NCBI GenBank assembly: GCA_009886115.1
Contig: VFJJ01000011.1
Coordinates: 27,348-91,347 of the forward strand
Origin: Actinomycetota bacterium
GTDB taxonomy: Bacteria; Actinomycetota; Acidimicrobiia; IMCC26256; VFJJ01
Reading direction: 5' to 3'
DNA: 64,000 nt
Notes under the pieces: model-generated
What the model saw: the letters and a program-made list of their open reading frames with translations, nothing else
Told to the model about the DNA's origin: nothing
Databases searched by the model: none
Translations under genes and position numbers: made by a program
Shown: piece by piece, positions 18,358-26,640 of the stretch
How the letters are laid out: each line of letters begins with the position of its first letter
Position numbering within the stretch: position 1 is the stretch's first letter

Positions 18358-19448
18358 ACGTCGTGATCCGCCAGACGCCACCGACACCGACACCCGCCGC
18401 GCTCGCCGAGGTCGTCGACCGGCTCGAGGCGGCGCTCCCTGGGCGGGTCGAGCGCGACTCGCCCATCGGCCCGCTGACCACGTACCGGATCGGCGGCACG
18501 GCGGCCGCGCTCGTACGGCCGGCGTCGGTCGACGACCTGATGGCCGTGGCGTCCGCGGTCTCCGTGCACGGCGGCGGCGGTGGCTCGGTCGCGGGCGGGC
18601 TGGGGCGGGGTTCGCTCGCCGTCCCGGTGCTCGTGCTCGGACGCGGCTCGAACCTGCTCGTGGCTGATCGCGGGTTCGACGGTGTCGCGCTCGTGCTCGG
18701 CGAGTGCTTCGAGCAGATGGCGATGCCCCCTCGGGCTCATGCGGCGCACGGTGCAACGCCGTCGCCCGAGACCGCCCCGAGGAGCTCGCTGGCGGCGCCC
18801 ACGTCGATCGTGGAAGCGGGGGCTGCGGTGGCGCTGCCCATCTTGGCTCGCCGCTGCGCCGCAGCCGGCTGGGCCGGGCTCGAGTTCTACGTCGGCATCC
18901 CGGGCTCGGTCGGCGGCGCGGTCCGAATGAACGCAGGAGGCCACGGGACCGAGACGGCCGCCGTGCTCGTCGACGCGTCGGTCGCTGATCTCGCGCTCGA
19001 CGGTCGCCCTCGGCGTCACACGGCTGCCGAGCTCGAGCTCGGGTACCGCAGGTCCAACCTCGGCGAGGCCCAGATCGTCCTCGACGCCCGGTTCCGGGTG
19101 ACGTTCGACGCCGCGGCCTCCGCCATCGCTCGTGTCGACGAGATCGTGCGCTGGCGGCGCGAGCACCAACCCGGTGGGGCCAATGCCGGTTCGGTCTTCA
19201 CGAACCCGCCCGGCGACTCGGCGGGTCGGCTCATCGATCTCTGCGGCGGGCGCGGCCTCCGCTCGGGAGGCGCCCACGTCTCGACCAAGCATGCCAACTT
19301 CATCCAGGCCGACGCCGGCGCCTCGGCCGACGACGTGGTGCGCCTGATGCGCGCCGTCCAACGCCGGGTCGAGGACCAGACCGGCATCCGCCTCCTCCCG
19401 GAGATCCGCCTGATCGGCTTCGACATCGACGAGGATGGCGCTCCGTGA
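18354..19448 (+). CDS. murB: UDP-N-acetylenolpyruvoylglucosamine reductase (MurB)
   Basis: ATGA overlap with murC. FAD-binding GPLTTYRIGGTAA...GRGSNLLV. C-terminal GSVFTNPPG...GGAHVSTKHANFI. Confidence 0.9.
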   Translation: MNVVIRQTPPTPTPAALAEVVDRLEAALPGRVERDSPIGPLTTYRIGGTAAALVRPASVDDLMAVASAVSVHGGGGGSVAGGLGRGSLAVPVLVLGRGSNLLVADRGFDGVALVLGECFEQMAMPPRAHAAHGATPSPETAPRSSLAAPTSIVEAGAAVALPILARRCAAAGWAGLEFYVGIPGSVGGAVRMNAGGHGTETAAVLVDASVADLALDGRPRRHTAAELELGYRRSNLGEAQIVLDARFRVTFDAAASAIARVDEIVRWRREHQPGGANAGSVFTNPPGDSAGRLIDLCGGRGLRSGGAHVSTKHANFIQADAGASADDVVRLMRAVQRRVEDQTGIRLLPEIRLIGFDIDEDGAP

Positions 19449-20650
19449 ACTCGCACCGACGTACCCACCGACGCGATCCGGGGAGCCCGATCGTCGCTGA
19501 CCGGGCTCGCTCGCTCGTCGGTCGCCACGGGTTCGAGCGGGCCCGACGAGCCATGGCGCCCCGCCTGCTCGCCGGCCCGACGCCGCCGATGGCCCGTCCG
19601 GCCCGACGGGGTGCTCCTGGCCCCGAGGCCTCGCCGGATCGACCCCGATCGCGTGTCGAGCACCGTGAAGCCGAACGGGCCCGGCGTCGCTCGCGCGGTC
19701 TCGGTGCCGTGGTCGCCCGGAGTCGGACCGTCGAGCGCGAGAGCGAGGGGGCGAGCGAGAGCCCAAGGCTGCCCGGGCGATGGTCGGGCCCTCGTCCATC
19801 GACTCCCGGTCCGTCGCGCCCGGCGACCGACGCCCCCCCGCCGAGGGTGGCGCCCCGGATCGATCCTCGTATCCGTCAGCGGCGCGTCAAGGTGCGCCGG
19901 AGCGCCGCTCAGCGGAGATTCCGGATGCTGGCGGCGTTCGTCGTGGTCGCGCTGGCCGGCGTCACAGCGTGGGGCGTGCTGCATTCCCCGCTCTACGACG
20001 TCGACCGGATCCACGGCGTCGGGAGCACCCGCTACGACGCCTCCACGCTGGCCGACGCCGCCGGTCTGCACCGCGGCGAGCCGATCGTGTTCATCGACCT
20101 GGCGTCGGCCGCCGCGGCGGTCGAGAAGCTCCCGTGGATCGCCGGGGCCACGGTCACCCGTGACCTGCCTGGGACGATCACGATCACGGTCTCCGAGCGG
20201 CTCCCCGTGGGCTGGATCGCCCGCCCCGACGGGCGCGCGGCGTTGCTCGACGTCGAAGGTCGGGTGCTCGAGGACCTGCCGACGGCGCCGCCGGGCCTGC
20301 CCGAGATCAGGACCTCGGCTGCGGTGCCCGAGACGGGGACCCGCTTCGACGTGGTGGCAGCAGCGACCACGGTGGCGGCTCGATGGACGGTGATCGCTCG
20401 TGGCGGCGTGCAGGAGATCGGCGTCGACCGGTTCGATCTGCTCGTGACCATGGGCGACGGCACCCGAGTGATCTTCGGGCCCGCCGTCGATGTCGACGCC
20501 AAGATGGCGGCCCTGGCGGCGGTGCTGCAGCACATCGGTGATCAGACGGTGCGCTACGTCGACGTCGCGGTGCCCGCAGCGCCCACCGTCGGGACCCTCG
20601 TCGAGGTCATTCCCGGCGTGGCTCCCGAGCCGGGCGCATCAGGCGCATGA
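19445..20650 (+). CDS. ftsQ: cell division protein FtsQ (POTRA domain)
   Basis: GTGA overlap with mur[15 protein letters not shown], then TM ([16 protein letters not shown]), then POTRA ([13 protein letters not shown]...[24 protein letters not shown]). The start may be internal (for example GTG near 19847). Confidence 0.85.
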   Translation: MNSHRRTHRRDPGSPIVADRARSLVGRHGFERARRAMAPRLLAGPTPPMARPARRGAPGPEASPDRPRSRVEHREAERARRRSRGLGAVVARSRTVERESEGASESPRLPGRWSGPRPSTPGPSRPATDAPPPRVAPRIDPRIRQRRVKVRRSAAQRRFRMLAAFVVVALAGVTAWGVLHSPLYDVDRIHGVGSTRYDASTLADAAGLHRGEPIVFIDLASAAAAVEKLPWIAGATVTRDLPGTITITVSERLPVGWIARPDGRAALLDVEGRVLEDLPTAPPGLPEIRTSAAVPETGTRFDVVAAATTVAARWTVIARGGVQEIGVDRFDLLVTMGDGTRVIFGPAVDVDAKMAALAAVLQHIGDQTVRYVDVAVPAAPTVGTLVEVIPGVAPEPGASGA

Positions 20651-20670
20651 GCCACCCGAGAGCGCGCGCG

Positions 20671-20700
20671 TTGACGCCCCGGCATCACGTGCCGTAGATT
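20671..20700 (+). promoter_or_regulatory. candidate ftsZ promoter
   Basis: TTGACG (20671-20676), 18 nt spacer, TAGATT (20695-20700). It starts 21 nt after the ftsQ stop, at the edge of the only AT-enriched stretch in the dcw cluster. Confidence 0.5.
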
Positions 20701-20793
20701 CTCAACAAATACCACAGGTTGACACGAAGTTCAACCTCAACATCAGGGTCAGGGTCAGGATCGATGGGGCATCGAGGCGCCGGTTTCCTTTGC

Positions 20794-20829
20794 GGTATCC
20801 ACGGGGGTATCCACACGGGTATCCACGAA
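20794..20829 (+). repeat. three direct 12-bp repeats with core GGTATCCAC in the ftsZ leader
   Basis: GGTATCCAC at 20794, 20806 and 20818 (period 12). The array lies about 60-90 nt upstream of the ftsZ ATG. It is preceded by CAGGGT CAGGGT CAGGAT (20744-20761). Confidence 0.9.
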
Positions 20830-20885
20830 AAGCAGGCGCAGATGCGGCACGATACGGAGATCCGATCACTCAGGGGGCGCAGGAC

Positions 20886-21980
20886 ATGGTGAGCAGCCCG
20901 CAGAATTACCTGGCGGTGATCAAGGTCATTGGCGTGGGCGGCGGCGGCTGCAACGCGGTGAACCGCATGGTCGACGCCGGTTTGAAAGGTGTGGAGTTCA
21001 TCGCCGCCAACACCGACGCCCAGGCCTTGCTCACGAGCGACGCCGACGTCAAGGTCGACATCGGTCGGCAGTTGACCCGCGGGCTCGGCGCCGGTTCCGA
21101 CCCCGACGTCGGGCGAGCTGCGGCCGAGGAACACCGGGCCGAGATCGAGGAGATCCTCAAGGGCTCCGACATGGTGTTCATCACATCCGGGGAGGGCGGT
21201 GGCACCGGAACGGGCGCCGCTCCGGTCGTGGCCGAGATCTCCAAGAGCATCGGCGCCCTCACCATCGGTGTCGTGACCAGGCCGTTCTCGTTCGAGGGAC
21301 GCCGGCGCGCGCTCCAGGCCGAGCAGGGCATCCAGAAGCTCAAGGAGAAGGTCGACACGCTCATCACGATCCCGAACGACCGCCTGCTCCAGGTGGCTGA
21401 CGAGAAGACGTCGATGCTCAACGCCTTCAAGATGGCCGACGAGGTGCTGTTGCAGGGCGTGCAGGGGATCACCAGCCTGATCACGACGCCGGGACTCATC
21501 AACACCGACTTCGCCGACGTGAAGATGGTCATGACCAACGCCGGCTCGGCGCTGATGGGCATCGGCTACGCGTCCGGCGAGGGTCGGGCCGTCGCCGCGG
21601 CCCGGGCCGCGATCTCGAGCCCCCTGCTCGAGGCCAGCGTCGAGGGCGCCCGTGGGGTGTTGTTCAACGTCTCTGGCCCCTCCGATCTCGGGCTGCTCGA
21701 GGTCAACGCGGCCGCCGAGATCATCCACACCGCGGCTCACCCCGACGCCAACATCATCTGGGGCGCCGTCATCGACGACGGCCTCGGTGACGAGGTCCGC
21801 ATCACCGTCATCGCTGCCGGGTTCGATCGCTTCGAGGGCGAGCGCCGCGATTCCCGGCGGGGCGTGAGCGACGGGGCCCGCCTCGACAAGGACGACGATC
21901 GCCCGTTGATCGACGACGATGACGACGACGAGTTCGGCTTGGGCGACGACGACTTCGACGTGCCGTCGTTCCTCAAGTAG
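20886..21980 (+). CDS. ftsZ: cell division GTPase FtsZ
   Basis: [17 protein letters not shown] and the tubulin signature [16 protein letters not shown] motif. Acidic linker and conserved C-terminal peptide [10 protein letters not shown]. Confidence 0.97.
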   Translation: MVSSPQNYLAVIKVIGVGGGGCNAVNRMVDAGLKGVEFIAANTDAQALLTSDADVKVDIGRQLTRGLGAGSDPDVGRAAAEEHRAEIEEILKGSDMVFITSGEGGGTGTGAAPVVAEISKSIGALTIGVVTRPFSFEGRRRALQAEQGIQKLKEKVDTLITIPNDRLLQVADEKTSMLNAFKMADEVLLQGVQGITSLITTPGLINTDFADVKMVMTNAGSALMGIGYASGEGRAVAAARAAISSPLLEASVEGARGVLFNVSGPSDLGLLEVNAAAEIIHTAAHPDANIIWGAVIDDGLGDEVRITVIAAGFDRFEGERRDSRRGVSDGARLDKDDDRPLIDDDDDDEFGLGDDDFDVPSFLK

Positions 21981-22028
21981 CCACGGAGCCACGGAGCCAC
22001 GGAGCCACGGAGCCACGGAGCCACGAAG
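21981..22028. repeat. 8-bp tandem repeat CCACGGAG x5 plus one variant copy
   Basis: Starts on the nucleotide after the ftsZ TAG. Five perfect octamers (21981-22020), then CCACGAAG. Confidence 0.95.
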
Positions 22029-22105
22029 CGGAGTCGTGGAGGAGCCACAGAGTCGAGAAGTCGAGATCGCGCGCTGGGGCATGGGGACGACTTGGAGGAC
22101 GAGGG

Positions 22106-22894
22106 GTGACCGCGGTCCGATCCGTCGTGGCCGGCGCGACGGTGTTGTTCACCGACCGGTCGGGCGGCGTCTCGGAGGGGTGGTTCGCGTCGGCCAACCT
22201 CTCGACCCAGGTCGGTGACGATCCGGGCGCCGTGGCCGAGAACCGGCGGCGGGCCTTGGCTGCGCTCGACGGTCGCCACGCGCTCGGCTCGGCAGCCGGC
22301 GAACTGCGCACGGTGTGGGTCGGAGCCGACCAGCGCCACGGCAACGACGTGGCCGTCATCGACGCCGCCGCCGTGGCGCTCCACCGCGGCGGGCTGGCCC
22401 ACGAGGCGCTTCCCGCGGTGGACGTGCTCGTGACCGCGTGCCCCGATGCCGTGCTCGTGATGCTCGGTGCCGACTGTGCGCCCCTCGCGCTCATCGGTGA
22501 CCGGGCGGTCGGGGCGGCCCACGTCGGCTGGCGGGGCCTGGCCGTCGGAGCGGTGGGCGCGGCAGTCGCGGCCCTGCGCTCGATCTCACCGGGGTCGATC
22601 CGGGCGCTCGCGGGCCCGACCGTCGGGCCCTGCTGCTACGAGTTCGCCGTTGCTGATCTGAATCGGATGAGCGAGCGTCTCGGGCCCCACGTCGAGGCAT
22701 CGACCACACGGGGGAGGCCTGCGCTCGATCTCCCGGCCGGTATCCGGATCGAGTTGGCGAAGGCCGGGGTCGACGACGTGATCGAGCTGGGGGTGTGCAC
22801 CGCGTGCTCCCCCCGGTACTTCTCGTACCGTCGCGATCGTACGACCGGCCGCCACGCCGTGCTCGTTCGACACGACCCGCCGGTGGCGCAGTGA
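22106..22894 (+). CDS. pgeF: YfiH/PgeF family (laccase-domain) purine nucleoside phosphorylase
   Basis: GGVSxG...NLS, then QRHGNDV, then GADCAPLAL...AAHVGWRG, then CTACSPRYFSYRRD. GTG 22106 is preceded by GGAGGA. Confidence 0.88.
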   Translation: MTAVRSVVAGATVLFTDRSGGVSEGWFASANLSTQVGDDPGAVAENRRRALAALDGRHALGSAAGELRTVWVGADQRHGNDVAVIDAAAVALHRGGLAHEALPAVDVLVTACPDAVLVMLGADCAPLALIGDRAVGAAHVGWRGLAVGAVGAAVAALRSISPGSIRALAGPTVGPCCYEFAVADLNRMSERLGPHVEASTTRGRPALDLPAGIRIELAKAGVDDVIELGVCTACSPRYFSYRRDRTTGRHAVLVRHDPPVAQ

Positions 22895-23562
22895 CGATGG
22901 CCGACGATGCTCGGGGTGCCGGTGAGGTCGCGCGTCGGGTCGCCGAGGTGCGGGCCCGGATCGCCGTCGCCGCTCGGGCTGCGGGCCGCGATCCCGCTGG
23001 CGTGACCCTCGTGGCGGCGACCAAGACCGTCCCCGTCGAGCAGATCCGCGAGGCCCTGGCGGCGGGGATCGCCGATCTCGGCGAGAACCGGGCCCAGGAG
23101 CTCGTGGCCAAGGCGCCGAAGCTGATCGAGCACAACCCTCGCTGGCACTTCATCGGCCGGCTGCAGCGGAACAAGATCCACGCTCTCGCTCCCTGGGTGA
23201 CGATCTGGCACACGGCCGACCGCGCCGATCTGGCGGACCCCTTCGGACGGATCGAGCCGCCGCCACGGGTGCTCGTCCAGGTGAACGTCGACGACGACCC
23301 GGCCAAGGGCGGATGCCACCCCGGTGAGATCGCGGCCGTGGTCGAAGCGCTCCGACAGAGCTCCGTCGACGTGGTCGGCTTGATGACCGTCCCTCGGTTC
23401 GGCCCCGATCCCCGGTGGGCCTTCGCCTTCTTGCGCAAGCTCGCGGTCGGGCTCGAGCTCGCCGAGCTGTCGATGGGCATGACCGACGACTTCGAGGCCG
23501 CCATCGCCGAAGGGGCGACGCTGATCCGGGTCGGACGGGCGCTGTTCGGGGCCCGAGCTTGA
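22891..23562 (+). CDS. yggS: YggS/YlmE family pyridoxal-phosphate homeostasis protein
   Basis: VTLVAATKTVP (PLP Lys), GENRAQEL, WHFIGRLQRNK, SMGMTDDFEAAI and IRVGRALFG. GTGA overlap with pgeF (alternative ATG 22897). Confidence 0.9.
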   Translation: MTMADDARGAGEVARRVAEVRARIAVAARAAGRDPAGVTLVAATKTVPVEQIREALAAGIADLGENRAQELVAKAPKLIEHNPRWHFIGRLQRNKIHALAPWVTIWHTADRADLADPFGRIEPPPRVLVQVNVDDDPAKGGCHPGEIAAVVEALRQSSVDVVGLMTVPRFGPDPRWAFAFLRKLAVGLELAELSMGMTDDFEAAIAEGATLIRVGRALFGARA

Positions 23563-23685
23563 GCCCCGATGGCGACCCGGGAGCTCGTTCGACCCGGTTG
23601 GTCGGAAATGCCCGCGACCTTGGTCCGCGTCTCGGGGTCCGGTGCGTGCCACGATAACCTGCAAGCCGCGGCGGGAAGGTGTGCC

Positions 23686-24282
23686 ATGAGCCTCTGGCGA
23701 CGCACAGCCATGTACCTCGGTCTGGTCGATGATGACGAGTACGAGGACTATGACGATTACGACGCTCCACCGGCCCGCACCGCGGATCCACGCGCCTCCG
23801 AGCGGCAGGCCTTCGGCGAGCAACGTGCGAGCTTCGACAGGGGGTTCGCCGAACGGGGCTCGTACGAGCGTTCGGTCGAGCGCGTGTCCGACGGTGGCCG
23901 AGACGTGAGTGGGATCGGAGCGGTCCGAACGATCCCCCGCGACGACCCACAGTCGGCGTCGCGGCCGACCGTGGTGCGAACGCTGGCGTCGCCCACGCCG
24001 AAGGTGCACCTTGTCGAGCCCAAGGGGTTCAACGACGCCCAGGAGGTCGGCGACCGCCTCAAGGCCGGCCAGCCCGTGATCTTGAACCTCCAGGGCATCG
24101 ACCGCAGCCTCCAACGGCGTCTGGTCGACTTCGCGAGCGGACTGGCCTACGCGCTGAACGGCTCGATGTCGAAGGCGGCCGAGCAGGTGTTCCTGCTGGC
24201 CCCGGCGAACGTCGAGGTCTCCCAGGAAGACAGGGCCCGAGCCTTGCGCGACCGGGGTGTTCTCCACGACTACGAAGACTGA
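23686..24282 (+). CDS. sepF: cell division protein SepF
   Basis: N-terminal amphipathic MSLWRRTAMYLGL, acidic linker, and C-terminal FtsZ-binding core (PKGFNDAQEVGDRLKAGQPVILNL...RRLVDFASGLAYAL). GGGAAGG RBS. Confidence 0.9.
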   Translation: MSLWRRTAMYLGLVDDDEYEDYDDYDAPPARTADPRASERQAFGEQRASFDRGFAERGSYERSVERVSDGGRDVSGIGAVRTIPRDDPQSASRPTVVRTLASPTPKVHLVEPKGFNDAQEVGDRLKAGQPVILNLQGIDRSLQRRLVDFASGLAYALNGSMSKAAEQVFLLAPANVEVSQEDRARALRDRGVLHDYED

Positions 24283-24288
24283 GAGACC

Positions 24289-24534
24289 GTGAGCACGATC
24301 GTCTGCTGGTTGTTGTTGCTCGCGCTCATCTGCCTGGCAGGCCGGGCCATCATGTCCTGGTTCCCGATCAGGCCCGGATCGCCGTTCGCCGCCGTGAACC
24401 GCATCCTCATCGACATCACCGAGCCCGTCATGGCGCCGATGCGGAGGATCATCCCCCCGGCCGGGCCCCTCGACATGTCGTTCTTCGTGCTGACCTTCGG
24501 CATCATCATCCTGCGCGGTGTCATCGGCTGCTGA
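24289..24534 (+). CDS. yggT: YggT family membrane protein
   Basis: 81 aa, two TM helices. RAIMSWFP...NRILIDITEPVMAPMRRIIPP matches the YggT signature. Canonical position between sepF and divIVA. Confidence 0.85.
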   Translation: MSTIVCWLLLLALICLAGRAIMSWFPIRPGSPFAAVNRILIDITEPVMAPMRRIIPPAGPLDMSFFVLTFGIIILRGVIGC

Positions 24535-24711
24535 GGCCGGTCGCAGGCGAGCGAGGAGCCGAGCCACCGAGCGCCGGCCGCCGGCGCGGGCCCACCCATC
24601 CGCGAACGGCGCGACCACCGTCGGTAGCATCGTCCCCACAGACGTGACCATCGGTGCCCCGCGTGATCGGCCCTTCGGCTGTCCGGGGCGCCTTCGAATG
24701 GAGGCTGGGCC

Positions 24712-26550
24712 ATGGACGTGACGCCTCACGAATTGCGGACCGCCGAGTTCCGCGAGGAATGGAAGGGCTATCGCCAGCGCGACGTCGACACCCTGCTCGA
24801 TCGGGCGGCGGTGACGATCGAGCAGCTCGCGATCGAGAACCGGAGCCTGCTCGAGCGCATGCAGGTGCTCGAGCACCAACGCCCCGACAGCGACCGCGGC
24901 AACGACGAGTTGATCCGCAAGACGCTGATGATGGCGCAGCGGGCGGCCGACGAGGCCATCGCCGAAGCCACGGCCCGAGCTCATCAGCTCGAGAGCGACG
25001 CGGCGACCTCGAGCGCCGCGACGCTCGAGTCGGCGACGTCGAGGGCCCGGATGGCCCTCGAAGAGGCGTCGGCGCGCGCCACGGCCCTGCTCGGCGAGGC
25101 CGAGGAGCGCTCGAGCACGACGATCGCCGCCGCCGAGGCCCACGCCGCTGCGGTTCGTAGCGACTCCGACACCCGGGCCGAGGCTCTGATCCTCGAGGCC
25201 GAGCGCGAGGCCCGCCAGCGGGGTGGCGCCATCCGCTCGGCGCTCGAGATCGAATGCGATGCCCTCTCGTCGCGCCGCCACCAGCTCGCCCGCGACGTCG
25301 AGGCTCTCGACCGTTTCGTGGTGGGCCATCGGGATCGGCTCCGCGCCGCGCTGCACGCCGAGATGGCGGTCGTCGACTCGTTGCCGGTGCTCGTGATGCC
25401 GGCCCCGCCCGTCGAGCTCGCTCCGTCGCCCGTGGTCGGTGCCACCGTCGCCGTCGCTCCCCCCGAGCCCGAGACCTTCATCCCCCTGCCGCCGGCGATC
25501 GTGAGCATCGACCCTGGATCCGACGCTCTGGCGCTCGAGAAGGACGCGGCTGCGACTCCGGGCGATGCCCCGCTGCAGGCTCAGCCGAGCCTCGACCTCA
25601 TCGGACCGGCTGCCGCGACCGTTGTCGGTGACCTCGAGCCCGAGGTCGAGGTCGAGACCCCTGCCGGGCCCGAGCCGGTCTCGCTCGCCGAAGCCGAGCT
25701 CTCGGCGGTGATGGCTGCCGTCGCTCGGCTGCGGTCGGAGACCTCGGCTGAGCGGACCGAGCCGGGCGGTGCCTTCGACCTGCGAGGCGATACCCCGAGC
25801 AGCGCGCCGAGCGAGCCGGCGACAGCTCCGGTCTCGTTCACCGAGACCCCGATCGCCGGTGCCGTGGCCGCGGACCTCGGGCGCGCCCCTGGTGTCGCGA
25901 CCAGAGCGGCCGACGACGAGCCCGTGCACGACGCCGCCGGGGACGCCGCGATCGCGCCCGGTTTCTGGCTCCCGTCATCACGGCTCGTCGACGACGACGA
26001 CGGTCCGCCGACGGGACTCCTCGTGACCGTCGACACCGCAGAGCTGCAGGCGATCCAGGCCGAGCAGGACGAGCGGGACGAGGCCGCCGCTGCAGCATTC
26101 CGCCGGGACGACGCGGCGTCGGCGCGCCACGCCAGCCCCGCCGACGCCTCAGCCCCCTCCGACGAGAACGCTCGCGACGAGAGCTCTCGGAACGAGAGCC
26201 CGGTGTATGACGACGAGGAGTACGACGAGCACGACGACGAGCTCGCCGCCGAGCCGGTGTTCATCGACCTCGACACCTTGGGCGAGTCCGCCTGGGCGGC
26301 ATCCCCCGACCAGCCCGCCGGCCCCACCGACCGGCCCGGCGAGGCCCTGGGCGCCTGGCGTTCGCGCGGCCGGCCTCCCGCATGGCGAGCCGAGGACGCC
26401 AACCGTGCCGCCGGGGACGACGACGACTACCTGGCTGAGCTGCGCGAGGCCATGAACGCCTTGGATCTCCCCGGCCCGCGTGACGACGATGCCCTCTTCG
26501 AGGACGATTTCGAGACCCCGAGGTACGGGATCTTCCGTCGCCGCCGGTAG
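24712..26550 (+). CDS. divIVA: DivIVA/Wag31 family protein with long acidic/Ala-rich C-terminal region
   Basis: N-terminal DivIVA domain (TPHELRTAEFREEWKGYRQRDVDTLLDR), then coiled coil. 612 aa, far longer than the ~260 aa typical size. Confidence 0.9.
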   Translation: MDVTPHELRTAEFREEWKGYRQRDVDTLLDRAAVTIEQLAIENRSLLERMQVLEHQRPDSDRGNDELIRKTLMMAQRAADEAIAEATARAHQLESDAATSSAATLESATSRARMALEEASARATALLGEAEERSSTTIAAAEAHAAAVRSDSDTRAEALILEAEREARQRGGAIRSALEIECDALSSRRHQLARDVEALDRFVVGHRDRLRAALHAEMAVVDSLPVLVMPAPPVELAPSPVVGATVAVAPPEPETFIPLPPAIVSIDPGSDALALEKDAAATPGDAPLQAQPSLDLIGPAAATVVGDLEPEVEVETPAGPEPVSLAEAELSAVMAAVARLRSETSAERTEPGGAFDLRGDTPSSAPSEPATAPVSFTETPIAGAVAADLGRAPGVATRAADDEPVHDAAGDAAIAPGFWLPSSRLVDDDDGPPTGLLVTVDTAELQAIQAEQDERDEAAAAAFRRDDAASARHASPADASAPSDENARDESSRNESPVYDDEEYDEHDDELAAEPVFIDLDTLGESAWAASPDQPAGPTDRPGEALGAWRSRGRPPAWRAEDANRAAGDDDDYLAELREAMNALDLPGPRDDDALFEDDFETPRYGIFRRRR

Positions 26551-26580
26551 CCCCTCCCGCCCGTCGGGTCCGTGCCACCG

Positions 26581-26634
26581 CAGCACCGACAGCACCGACA
26601 GCACCGACAGCACCGACAGCACCGACAGCACCGA
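26581..26634. repeat. 9-bp tandem repeat CAGCACCGA x6
   Basis: Six perfect copies filling the convergent divIVA (stop 26550) / ileS (stop 26641) gap. Partial copies flank it on both sides (26575-26640). Confidence 0.95.
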
Positions 26635-26640
26635 CACCCG

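Noticed and set aside
21981-22028. The tandem arrays here and at 2406, 3982, 20794 and 26581, considered as possible CRISPR arrays.
   Set aside because: The units are 8-15 bp and strictly head-to-tail with no unique spacers. No cas genes are present.
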